This document shows, piece by piece, positions 1-8,556 of a DNA stretch of 23,254 nucleotides. Location of the stretch: contig JBHLPF010000028.1 of NCBI GenBank assembly GCA_048939765.1, forward strand, positions 17,634 through 40,887, written 5' to 3'. Positions within the stretch are counted from its first letter, which is position 1; the number at the start of each line of letters is the position of its first letter. This DNA is from Promethearchaeota archaeon (GTDB lineage: Archaea > Asgardarchaeota > Thorarchaeia > Thorarchaeales > Thorarchaeaceae). Made by a program: the position numbers and the translations under genes. The notes below the pieces were generated by a model. That model did not search any database. It was not told the DNA's origin and worked only from the letters and a program-made list of their open reading frames with translations.

Positions 1-2
1 TC

Positions 3-755
3 AGGATTTCCAATTGCATATCCGAGGCGCCATCCAGTCATACTGTAGGCCTTGGAGAATCCACTAATTACAAGTGTCTGCTCCATGACTGGGTCCACCT
101 CAAGCATGGATGATTGCTTAATGCCATCATAGACAAGCGACTCGTAAATCTCATCACTGAATACGACAAAATCATGGTCTGCGGCAAGGTCATAGATCAG
201 CTTCAAGTTGGCCTTGGAAAGAACTCCTCCAGAGGGATTATTGGGACTATTGATGATGAGGGCTGTAACAGTCTTGTTGACACTGCACTTCAGTGCCTCC
301 TCATCCAGTTTATACCCGGGCAGAGTTGAGACATCCCGTGGTTTCCCGCCTGCCATTCGGACTAGAACGCGATATGTGGGCCAAGCCGGAGATAAAAGAA
401 GCACATCATCACCTGCATCAAGGGTGCTCAAAAAGCCCTTGAATAGAGCCATCTTTGCTCCAGGAGTCACTATCACATCTTTGCGCCCATCAATCTCAAT
501 GCCTCGAGTCGCATAATGATTCTGGATAGCATCAAGTAGTTGCGGAATTCCCCGAGATGAGGTATATTTTGTAAGGCCTTTGCTTAGAGCAGTATTTGCT
601 GCTTCCACGATATGGGGAGGGGTGGGAAAATCTGGCTGCCCCACTTCGAAATGGTATATGGTCTTCCCCTTGGCTTCCAATCGTGAAGCCAGCTCAAACA
701 TCTTCAGGGTCCCAGAAGGTGGTATTCGTTCCATATGATGACTTGTCCAGTCCAT
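3..755 (-). CDS. PLP-dependent class I/II (aspartate-type) aminotransferase, 3' end runs off the window
   Basis: Not in the ORF track. Manual translation from ATG 755 gives MDWTSHHMERIPPSGTLKMFELASRLEAKGKTIYHFEVGQPDFPTPPHIVEAA...KYTSSRGIPQLLDAI, with the GQPDF and Y-T-x-x-x-G motifs. A GGTGAGG SD lies 8 nt upstream. Confidence 0.92.
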   Translation of the reverse strand, partial: MDWTSHHMERIPPSGTLKMFELASRLEAKGKTIYHFEVGQPDFPTPPHIVEAANTALSKGLTKYTSSRGIPQLLDAIQNHYATRGIEIDGRKDVIVTPGAKMALFKGFLSTLDAGDDVLLLSPAWPTYRVLVRMAGGKPRDVSTLPGYKLDEEALKCSVNKTVTALIINSPNNPSGGVLSKANLKLIYDLAADHDFVVFSDEIYESLVYDGIKQSSMLEVDPVMEQTLVISGFSKAYSMTGWRLGYAIGNP

Positions 756-851
756 GCGTCATGCCTCACCTTTGTCTTAACGACACTCAGTCGAGAGCGT
801 CCAGAGAAATGCGCGCTGACTTCTGGAACTAATATTACTTCCGGCGTGATA

Positions 852-1676
852 CTACAGAATCATTCGCTCGGATAATATGTGCTTCTGATGTTCTGTACCT
901 CTGACTTCGATCCGATCTAGCAGTGCCTCGCCGAGACCTTGGTCATACGCACGTCTAAGGTAAGACACCTTCATTGGATCCAAACTGAAGAGTCCCGCAC
1001 AGTAGGAATCCACTGCAACTGGGTCAACACCGGCGACCACTCCACCCACCTTCATCCTGCGTCCTGTAAGTCTCTTCCCAATGATAACCTCAGATAAGTC
1101 GATGACAGTCAAATTAGGACGAAATGCACTCAGAAGATCGAGCAAGACATCTTCTAAGTGAGGATGGAAATCTCCTTTTTCCACCTCTGGCAACAAACCA
1201 AAGAGATTCTTTATCCCGCCCCAAACAACGCCTTCACCTGGTTCAAATTTGAGAGTTGCCACATTTACAAGAAAAAGCGGACTTCTTAGTGCGTGAGGCA
1301 TTTTATGGGATGCGAGGTGGAAACCAGGCATAGATTTCGGTTCTAGAGCATCAAGTGAAAGATTGAACAACTTGACCTTTTCAGTGGCAAGTTTATTGTA
1401 TCCAAGTTTTGCGTAGGCATCTTCAACAGTCCTGTAAGGATTATCACTCTCTACAATTAACACCTCAGCAGCATTCTCAAAAAGGCCGACAACCGCTCTT
1501 ATGATTTCGAGAGAGGTATTTCCTGGAATCTCCGGGTCCAGAATCGAGGGCTTTATCACAACCCGTCTTGCGGCCCTTGTAATGGGCAGAGGTTGCGTTA
1601 GCTTAGAGAGAGCCACTGCAAGAGCTTGGCGCGGATTCTTCTTTGCAGCTATTGCAACTTCTGCTGAAGAGCCCAT
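852..1676 (-). CDS. DUF362 family protein
   Basis: VVIKPS, IVESD, GGIKNLFG and DPVAVD motifs typical of DUF362. Confidence 0.85.
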   Translation of the reverse strand: MGSSAEVAIAAKKNPRQALAVALSKLTQPLPITRAARRVVIKPSILDPEIPGNTSLEIIRAVVGLFENAAEVLIVESDNPYRTVEDAYAKLGYNKLATEKVKLFNLSLDALEPKSMPGFHLASHKMPHALRSPLFLVNVATLKFEPGEGVVWGGIKNLFGLLPEVEKGDFHPHLEDVLLDLLSAFRPNLTVIDLSEVIIGKRLTGRRMKVGGVVAGVDPVAVDSYCAGLFSLDPMKVSYLRRAYDQGLGEALLDRIEVRGTEHQKHILSERMIL

Positions 1677-1767
1677 AAGATTGACCTGCAGCCCAAGGCT
1701 TTAAGTGAGTCTATCTGTAAGACTGTTGGAAAATGAGCCTCAGACCAGACGCCGCTTCTGTGGTCAA

Positions 1768-2706
1768 TCAAGTGCCAAAGAATAGACGCCGAGCTCTCCT
1801 TCTACGCTCTTCCTCAGTTTCATCAGTTTCTGGGGGCGGGGGTGGCGGCGGGGGTTTAACCGCGGGAGTATCTTCCAACTCTTCAGAAACCTGCTCATCT
1901 TCAGCATCCGTGGAGATGATTTCATCATCTTCATCATCGTCTTGAAGTGGCGGCTCGTCATATGGGCTCCATAATTCGCGTTTTGGTGCAGATACTGGTG
2001 GCGATTCCTCAGTGTTTGAAGGAGACTCCAGAACCTCTAATACATCGTCATAGGTTTCGACTTCGAGATCTTCAACCTCCGGAGGCATTAGTTCCTCGTC
2101 GTCTGCCTCAGCCAACACAGCTCTCATGACATCTTCCGGGGTTGAGGGCACTATCTTTGTATCATCTTCCTTATCGACTACGGGTGTTGGCTCATCTAAT
2201 GGAAAGTCCGCTAGAAAGTTTCGTTTCATACCCTCGAATGCGATCTCATCAGTCGAGGTGGATTCGTCCTCACCTACAGTTGTTTCAATCTCCTCTATCG
2301 AAACTGGCTCAGCAGGTGGCGTTTCAGGTTCATCACTGACCTCATCCAGAGTGTCAGGCTCCCCTGCTACTTCACTAGCAACCAGCTCTTCATCACTATA
2401 GAGAATATCCTCAACCTCCGGCTCGACATCTGGAATTGGTTCCTCGAAATGGGCTGGCTCTTCGATTTCTCGTGGCTCATCTACCTCAGGGTCATCTGAA
2501 CCATACCTCATTCCCAGCTCCTTGCCTAGACATGACTTACATCGTTTTGCCGCAGCAACCAATCCTTCAGCTAAGAAATCATCGATGGTTTTGGCATCCT
2601 TTGGATGCTTCCGAGCCCATCGCAGAAATGAATCCACCATTCGAAGTGCATCGCGGACACCCATCCAGTAATTGTCATCTCTTTCCTCTGAGGACATATA
2701 TGCCAC
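1768..2706 (-). CDS. Hypothetical protein: helical N-terminal domain with CxxC, long acidic disordered region, Pro8 tract, basic/aromatic C-terminal helix
   Basis: 312-aa ORF that is D/E/P-rich and ends KPPPPPPPPETDETEEERRRRARRLFFGT. The true start may be ATG 2697. Confidence 0.8.
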   Translation of the reverse strand: MAYMSSEERDDNYWMGVRDALRMVDSFLRWARKHPKDAKTIDDFLAEGLVAAAKRCKSCLGKELGMRYGSDDPEVDEPREIEEPAHFEEPIPDVEPEVEDILYSDEELVASEVAGEPDTLDEVSDEPETPPAEPVSIEEIETTVGEDESTSTDEIAFEGMKRNFLADFPLDEPTPVVDKEDDTKIVPSTPEDVMRAVLAEADDEELMPPEVEDLEVETYDDVLEVLESPSNTEESPPVSAPKRELWSPYDEPPLQDDDEDDEIISTDAEDEQVSEELEDTPAVKPPPPPPPPETDETEEERRRRARRLFFGT

Positions 2707-2771
2707 CTACTTGCTTCAATCATCAGAACGGAATAAAGGCTTTGTATCATACGGCAGTTACATTTCACACC

Positions 2772-3230
2772 TTATTCTTGTGTTGAGAGGGCAAGAATTT
2801 CTTCCATCAGTTCATCAAGTAGGCTTTGAATCTCGTTTCTTTTGAAATCATCAATATCTGAGCCTACACAGACGACTCTTGTTGGAATGCCTTCACCTAG
2901 ATTCTCACGAATCTCGTTCCTATACATCGTTTCGATTTCAGGATCAGCATCTTTCAAGACAATGATAACACCAGCTGCTCCTTTGTAGGTAAGTGATAGC
3001 AGGATATCAAGTGCAGAGTGTTTTGGAGACATAAAGAGTGTAGAAACATCCGAGTCCTCCCACTCCATCCTCACCGCACCTATGCGAATGCCATCGACTG
3101 ACATCACTTGTTTGTTGAACACGCCTAAGACCTGTTCTAACAGTCCGTCTTCAGGACCGACTACTGTTACTTTGAAGAGATAGCGCGACTTCTCTTTCTT
3201 TGTTTTCTTTGATTTCTTCTTAGGTGACAT
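2772..3230 (-). CDS. Degenerate Rab/Ras-like small GTPase-fold protein (putative pseudo-GTPase)
   Basis: YLFKVTVVG, TYKGAAGVIIV and VVCVGSDID resemble Rab beta1, RabF4/beta4 and beta5/G4. GKS/T, DxxG and NKxD are absent. Confidence 0.65.
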   Translation of the reverse strand: MSPKKKSKKTKKEKSRYLFKVTVVGPEDGLLEQVLGVFNKQVMSVDGIRIGAVRMEWEDSDVSTLFMSPKHSALDILLSLTYKGAAGVIIVLKDADPEIETMYRNEIRENLGEGIPTRVVCVGSDIDDFKRNEIQSLLDELMEEILALSTQE

Positions 3231-3244
3231 TCCGGCACCCCTCT

Positions 3245-3274
3245 TTTGTTGAGTATATGGCGTGACTCAACAAA
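3245..3274. promoter_or_regulatory. Perfect 10-bp inverted repeat (operator or 5'UTR hairpin)
   Basis: TTTGTTGAGT-N10-ACTCAACAAA in the divergent intergenic region. Confidence 0.5.
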
Positions 3275-3386
3275 CACAGATTTCTCACCGCCCCTTGATT
3301 GATATGTGTTGTGTGACCTTATAATTGGGAGAAGGTATATACATTCTTAAGCCCTGAATTCCGGACTGCATATCGAGACGATATCG

Positions 3387-3734
3387 ATGACATCAGTTGC
3401 AGAGGTCTTCGAGATTTTGAAGCCTGTCCAGGACCCAGAACATCCAATCAGTATAACAGATCCCAGAATGGCTATTGTCAAAGAGGAATACATATCCATA
3501 ACGGAAGAGGGAATTCAGGTCAAATTCAAACCAACGGTTCCGCATTGTCCGATGGGGGGTCTGATTGGAATCCTGATACGCCATCGCCTTGAAGAAATAT
3601 ATCCAGATAGTGCGATCTCTGTTAGGGTGCTACCAGGCTCGCATTCGAGAGAGCAGGATGTCAATTTGATGATATCAGATGATGCGAGGTATTCTGGAAT
3701 CGTCGAACAATTGAAAGAACGTGGAATGCTCTAG
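3387..3734 (+). CDS. MIP18/CIA2 (DUF59) Fe-S cluster assembly protein
   Basis: DPEHP, PTVPHCPMGGLIG and PGSH motifs. Confidence 0.88.
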   Translation: MTSVAEVFEILKPVQDPEHPISITDPRMAIVKEEYISITEEGIQVKFKPTVPHCPMGGLIGILIRHRLEEIYPDSAISVRVLPGSHSREQDVNLMISDDARYSGIVEQLKERGML

Positions 3735-3767
3735 GATACCATGTAGCCTTTTGGTCTGGGATGAAGT

Positions 3768-4130
3768 TTGCGATTGTCAGAACGACTCATTATTCTTGGA
3801 TTTGCCCTAGCGCTCATAGGATTTCTCGTCATTGCTCTTACGATTCCAACCACCGAAGCTGGTTTCGTCTATGTCTTCCCATTCTTCTTTGTTGGTGATA
3901 TATCTGGACCACTTATGGTCACAATTCTGGTGTCGATGCTCCTGATGTTCATGATATTCTTCTTTTGGCTCCTAAGAGCTAGCAGTCCCACAGAGATTGA
4001 GAAATACGTGAAGATATCATCTCTATGTGAGCACTGCAGCAATCCAATTCCTATCGGTTCGAGCTTCTGTCCTTCATGTGGACGCCCTCTTGGAGAGGAC
4101 TCAACGGTGAGCTATGAGAAGATGTATTGA
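3768..4130 (+). CDS. Small membrane protein with C-terminal zinc ribbon
   Basis: Two to three hydrophobic segments followed by CEHC...CPSCG. Confidence 0.8.
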   Translation: MRLSERLIILGFALALIGFLVIALTIPTTEAGFVYVFPFFFVGDISGPLMVTILVSMLLMFMIFFFWLLRASSPTEIEKYVKISSLCEHCSNPIPIGSSFCPSCGRPLGEDSTVSYEKMY

Positions 4131-4145
4131 TGGAGGAATTCTGGA

Positions 4146-4616
4146 ATGATTCGAAATTTGATTAGAGTTGTTACCAGAGAAGATGTGCCACATATTATCG
4201 CAATAGAAAGAATGAGCTTCCCGAAACCCTGGGATGACGATGTCTTCCGCATCTTGGGGGCTTGGCGAGGTCGAGTTCGAACCCAGAAAGGAAAGACTGT
4301 CTTCATGCATGTGATCGAGGAAGATAGCGAACTGGCCGGATACATCGTCTGGGAAGAGGATGTCAATCTTAAAGAAAGTCACCTTCTCAATATGGCAATT
4401 CGGCAGCAAAGCAGACGCAGGGGGCTAGGAAGGGAACTTCTAGAATATGCTCTTAATATGATGCGTGAACGCAATATGTCATTATGTCGACTTGAAGTGA
4501 GAGAGAGTAACACACCTGCACAGGCGCTTTACACCAACGCAGGTATGTCTGTGCAATGCCATGACATCCAGTACTACGAGGATGAAGACGCGCTCATCTA
4601 TACGATTCGACTCTAG
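4146..4616 (+). CDS. rimI: RimI/Ard1-type GNAT N-acetyltransferase
   Basis: IERMSFPKPW, HLLNMAI..RRRGLG, LEVRESN..AQALY, YYEDEDA. GGAGG SD upstream. Confidence 0.9.
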   Translation: MIRNLIRVVTREDVPHIIAIERMSFPKPWDDDVFRILGAWRGRVRTQKGKTVFMHVIEEDSELAGYIVWEEDVNLKESHLLNMAIRQQSRRRGLGRELLEYALNMMRERNMSLCRLEVRESNTPAQALYTNAGMSVQCHDIQYYEDEDALIYTIRL

Positions 4617-4617
4617 C

Positions 4618-7600
4618 CTAGCTCCTTCTCGCTTTTGTGATAGCCGGACCAAGATAGTCGTGATATAGACGAAGATATGATTCATCGCGGGATACCACAG
4701 CCAGGGGCGTACCTGCTGCCTCGGATCCGCCAACCAACACCTCCGATTTGTCAATAAGAGCCAAGGTTGTGGGAGTCTTTGTATGCCATATTCTCCAGCC
4801 TTCGAGGGAGCTCAAGGCTGAATCGATCTCTTCTGTGTCAGGAACAACAAGGATTCTTCGACGAGGCCCTTTAGCTTTGGCCAGCTTCCTCAGATCCAAG
4901 CATTCAAGGTCCAACACAGAAAGCACAACCGACTTCTCGGCGCGCGAAACCATGTCGAGCATGTGTGCACAGATTTCATCGGTACCAGTGAGATACCAAG
5001 TGTTCTTACTTGTTGGGAAAAACAGCTCCTCCCGTGCACTCTTGACAGCTTCAATTGTATCGACAGTTTGACTAGTCAGTTCAGATACTGCGCCTATGAC
5101 GTCATCTACTCCTCCCTTAACCGAGGTGATGTCCTTCTTCTGCTCTGTGCTCCATTGCCTCAGGATTTTGTCCACATGCTCATTCAGGCCGTTGAAAGCA
5201 TCATTTCGAGTTTGGCGAAGAACCGAAAGGCCTTCACCTGCATCATTCATTGCCTTTGCAGAAGCACTTGCGATCTCTGCATTCTTCGCTGTTACTTCAT
5301 TTTGGGTACGCTCTGTCAGCCGCGCCGATTCACTGCCCACGTATGTCTTTAATTCAATGCCCACTGATTCCAGCTTGCGGGATGCGTATTGATTGGACAA
5401 TACTGAACCTTGCTTCGCCTCCTCGAGGGCTTTCTCAAGACCTTTGGCTGCTTCTGTCACCATTCCATCAATGAGTGTCTTGGAAGTATTCGTGATGGAC
5501 TTAGATGCTTCTGAAAAGTCTGTCAGCGCTGTGTCAAGGGTGGCTTTTGTTTCACTCCCTATCTTTGCTGTCTGCTCAACAGCATCTGATGTTGATGTCG
5601 CAATGGAATTCGCCAGGTTATTGGGCAAGTCAGATAGCACCTCAGCTGCCGTAGTAAGAACATCCAGTCCGTCATCACCAAACTGCACAGCTTTAGATTT
5701 GATATCAGATTCTGTCTTCTTAAAGAGAGCACGGCTTTTTGTTTCCATTTCCTTCAGGTTATTCTCTCCGCGCTCTAGGACCTTTGAAGCAGTCGTATCT
5801 GCGGCTTTCTCCAGCTTGCTTCCAATCGTGGAAATCTCACCATCAAGCTTGTTGGCAAGCTGCTCAAGAGAGGATGTTAGATTGGATGTGGAGGTTTCGA
5901 TTGTTTCTGAAGCTCCAGTGAAGATGAAAGCGACCTCGTTTCTTCTCTCCTCAATTGCTGCCAGTGCCTCCTCTCTGATTGCCCTAGCTGATTCCAGCCG
6001 AGAGGTTTCTTTCTCAGCCAGAGAGTTTTGGAATGCTTCAACATTGGAATTCGAGGCTTTTACGAGCTGAGATGCAAGGCTATCCATCTTCTTGCTGGTG
6101 TCTGCCAACAAGAGATCTCCCGACTCACGTTGCCCTGTTGTATAGGCATCAACCATTTCAAGGAGTTGCCCTGTACTCTTTGCCATGCCTTCCTGAGTTG
6201 ATTCACTGATGCTTGATATGCGCTCAGCGATGTTGTCTCGAGCACCTGTGACGGTTGCACTGAATTCCCTGGAAACCTGATGCAGATTCTCCCCAAATTG
6301 ATGTATTGTGCCAGTTTCGATTTCTTTGAGGGCATCATCTGTGCTCCTGACTGCATCTTCAATTCGTTGAAGCGCGTCCGCCATAGACTGTGAGATTTCA
6401 GTTCGCTTATTCACAGATAACTCATCGAGGGCCTTCTTGATCGAGTCAGCAGCTCCTACGAGTTCATCAATCCTCCCGCCCAACTGTGATGAGAAATCTT
6501 CCTGTAGCAGCTTTGAGTCTTCTTGCAGCGATGTCATTTCGGTTTTCAAAGCGCCCTTGAACTCAGTATGTGCAGAAGCAATGAGATCTCTCGCCTCAGA
6601 TGTCTGGCTGGTGAGGAATCCATTGAATGTTGCTTCCAATCCTTTGATGAGGTTGGTGAATTGTTGTGCAAAATCTTCAAGATGAACATGAAGCTCCTCA
6701 CGTATTCCGGATGCGTGCTGATCAATTCGCTCCACCTGGCCCGCTAATGCCTTATCTATCTCTCTCTGTACTCTGTTGGCCTGACTTGTGAGAGCACCTA
6801 CGCTCTGACCAAGCCGTTCATCAAGTTTTTCATTTAGATTTTCGTAGAGCGCCTTGGCATCTTGTATATGTGAGCGTGTGGTCGACACATAGCCTGCACT
6901 AAGCTCAGATAGATGCGTTCCAATTTCGGCTTCGAAGTCATGAGTTGACTTCTTTATAGAGGTCAGAGCGGACGCATTCTTTGTCGACGATGTAGACATC
7001 ACAGTGCTGAAAGCAGATTTGAGTCTACTATCAATGGACGCCGCAAGAGTGTCCATTTCAGACGCTTCTGTCTCTAGGGTCTTGCTGACATCTGAAATAA
7101 TCCTTGATAATTTGGTTTCTACATTCTTCGTTGTGCTTGACGACCACTTATCGACGTTGGACCTGATCTCCAAGCTTGTGGATTCGAGATTCTTCTCTTG
7201 TAATTTCAGCTGTTTCTTCAGGAGATCTAGTGTCGAAGTTCGGCAACTGTTTAGATGCGATTCGAATTGTGTAATGCCCTCTATTGACATATCCTTTAGG
7301 GTTTGATACTCATTAGCAAAATGAGCTTGTGTCTTCTCAAGATTCCCTCGCACTGCAGCCTTCACAGTTTCCAAATAGTCGTTCTCAGTGGCACTAACTC
7401 TATCAAGTTGGAGTCGCAGAGACTGCATGCCAACCTCACCAAAAGTGGCCACTTCTTCCTTCCAGGACGTAATGGCTGCCGTTGCTGCATCACAAATCTC
7501 AATAGCTGCTTCAATGCGAGTTCTAGCTGCTTCGGATTCTTCGGCGATTTGCGAACGCCCTTTGGTAGCGATTCCTCGCAGAGTTTCCTCCGCTGCTAGA

Positions 7601-8523
7601 AATGCCGCAGTAAGCTCTGAGTCCATGCCAGAGATAGTGGCATCAAGTGCTTTTGTCGCTTCACCAATGGAATTGATGGCATCATCTGATGATGCAGTGG
7701 ATTTCGTCAGAATATCGTCGGCTAATGCATTGACAGTGGCATCCAGAGCAGCCCTTGAGATAAGTAATGCTTGGGAAACTGAATCTCTCAATGTGTGAGT
7801 TAACGAAAGCAGCTCTTTTTCGAAAGCCTTCAATGCGGTGGTAGTGGACTTTCCTTCAGAAGTGAGCCATTTTTCGAAGCTCTTAGAGATGTCTTTTGCG
7901 GTGGTTCCAAGCTCCTTTTGGCTCCTATCAAGCTCAAGCTGAAGGGCTGAAAGCCGAGTGCCCAATCCATCGTCGAGAGAGAGGTCGAATGTTTTCATTG
8001 TCTCTTCAATAGTCTTTGTAAACTCTGCGAGAGCCTCGGTGGCAATTGATGTGATTGCATCTACCTGTGACTGAACAGCTGCAACCATATCAGTCTCATA
8101 CGCTTGAAATGCAACTTTCCCATCATTCATGGTGTTTTTGTGCAAATCAGAAACCGAATTGACTGATTCGTCAATTCCTGCGAGATGACCGTCAAACATC
8201 TTCTGGAATTCTTCCAAATTGGACTGCAAATCATCCCGCACTGAAGACAATGATCCCTCTAATGCGAAGATAGTTGGTGACAGTCGGAAAATTGGGACCA
8301 CGCCCTCTATTCGTGTCACCAGCCCCTTCTTTTCCAATCGGTCCAATGCTCTCTCGACTTTGTTGAGAGGCTCACCCGAAGCCACAGAAACCCCGCCAGC
8401 CGTCATGTTGCCACCGGCAAACACTGGGAGGATTGCCTTGGCTTCAATATTCGTAATTCCCAAACTTCTCTTTAATATTGGAATGCTTTCAGCCACTACA
8501 TTTCCACTCAATATGAATCCCAC
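4618..8523 (-). CDS. Giant TrmB-like protein: N-terminal wHTH, about 1080-aa helical rod, C-terminal TrmB effector/PLD-like domain
   Basis: N-terminus LGITNIEAKAI...VERALDRLEKKGLV; C-terminus WYLTG.DEI..HM.DMV.RAEKSV...LIDKSEVLVG. The start may be TTG near 8511. Confidence 0.75.
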   Translation of the reverse strand: MGFILSGNVVAESIPILKRSLGITNIEAKAILPVFAGGNMTAGGVSVASGEPLNKVERALDRLEKKGLVTRIEGVVPIFRLSPTIFALEGSLSSVRDDLQSNLEEFQKMFDGHLAGIDESVNSVSDLHKNTMNDGKVAFQAYETDMVAAVQSQVDAITSIATEALAEFTKTIEETMKTFDLSLDDGLGTRLSALQLELDRSQKELGTTAKDISKSFEKWLTSEGKSTTTALKAFEKELLSLTHTLRDSVSQALLISRAALDATVNALADDILTKSTASSDDAINSIGEATKALDATISGMDSELTAAFLAAEETLRGIATKGRSQIAEESEAARTRIEAAIEICDAATAAITSWKEEVATFGEVGMQSLRLQLDRVSATENDYLETVKAAVRGNLEKTQAHFANEYQTLKDMSIEGITQFESHLNSCRTSTLDLLKKQLKLQEKNLESTSLEIRSNVDKWSSSTTKNVETKLSRIISDVSKTLETEASEMDTLAASIDSRLKSAFSTVMSTSSTKNASALTSIKKSTHDFEAEIGTHLSELSAGYVSTTRSHIQDAKALYENLNEKLDERLGQSVGALTSQANRVQREIDKALAGQVERIDQHASGIREELHVHLEDFAQQFTNLIKGLEATFNGFLTSQTSEARDLIASAHTEFKGALKTEMTSLQEDSKLLQEDFSSQLGGRIDELVGAADSIKKALDELSVNKRTEISQSMADALQRIEDAVRSTDDALKEIETGTIHQFGENLHQVSREFSATVTGARDNIAERISSISESTQEGMAKSTGQLLEMVDAYTTGQRESGDLLLADTSKKMDSLASQLVKASNSNVEAFQNSLAEKETSRLESARAIREEALAAIEERRNEVAFIFTGASETIETSTSNLTSSLEQLANKLDGEISTIGSKLEKAADTTASKVLERGENNLKEMETKSRALFKKTESDIKSKAVQFGDDGLDVLTTAAEVLSDLPNNLANSIATSTSDAVEQTAKIGSETKATLDTALTDFSEASKSITNTSKTLIDGMVTEAAKGLEKALEEAKQGSVLSNQYASRKLESVGIELKTYVGSESARLTERTQNEVTAKNAEIASASAKAMNDAGEGLSVLRQTRNDAFNGLNEHVDKILRQWSTEQKKDITSVKGGVDDVIGAVSELTSQTVDTIEAVKSAREELFFPTSKNTWYLTGTDEICAHMLDMVSRAEKSVVLSVLDLECLDLRKLAKAKGPRRRILVVPDTEEIDSALSSLEGWRIWHTKTPTTLALIDKSEVLVGGSEAAGTPLAVVSRDESYLRLYHDYLGPAITKARRS

Positions 8524-8556
8524 CGCTAGTGATTCTAGGAATAGTCCTGATTCGGA

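Noticed and set aside
1831-1854. G-rich tract with G-quadruplex potential
   Set aside because: Fully explained by the Pro8 codons on the minus strand.
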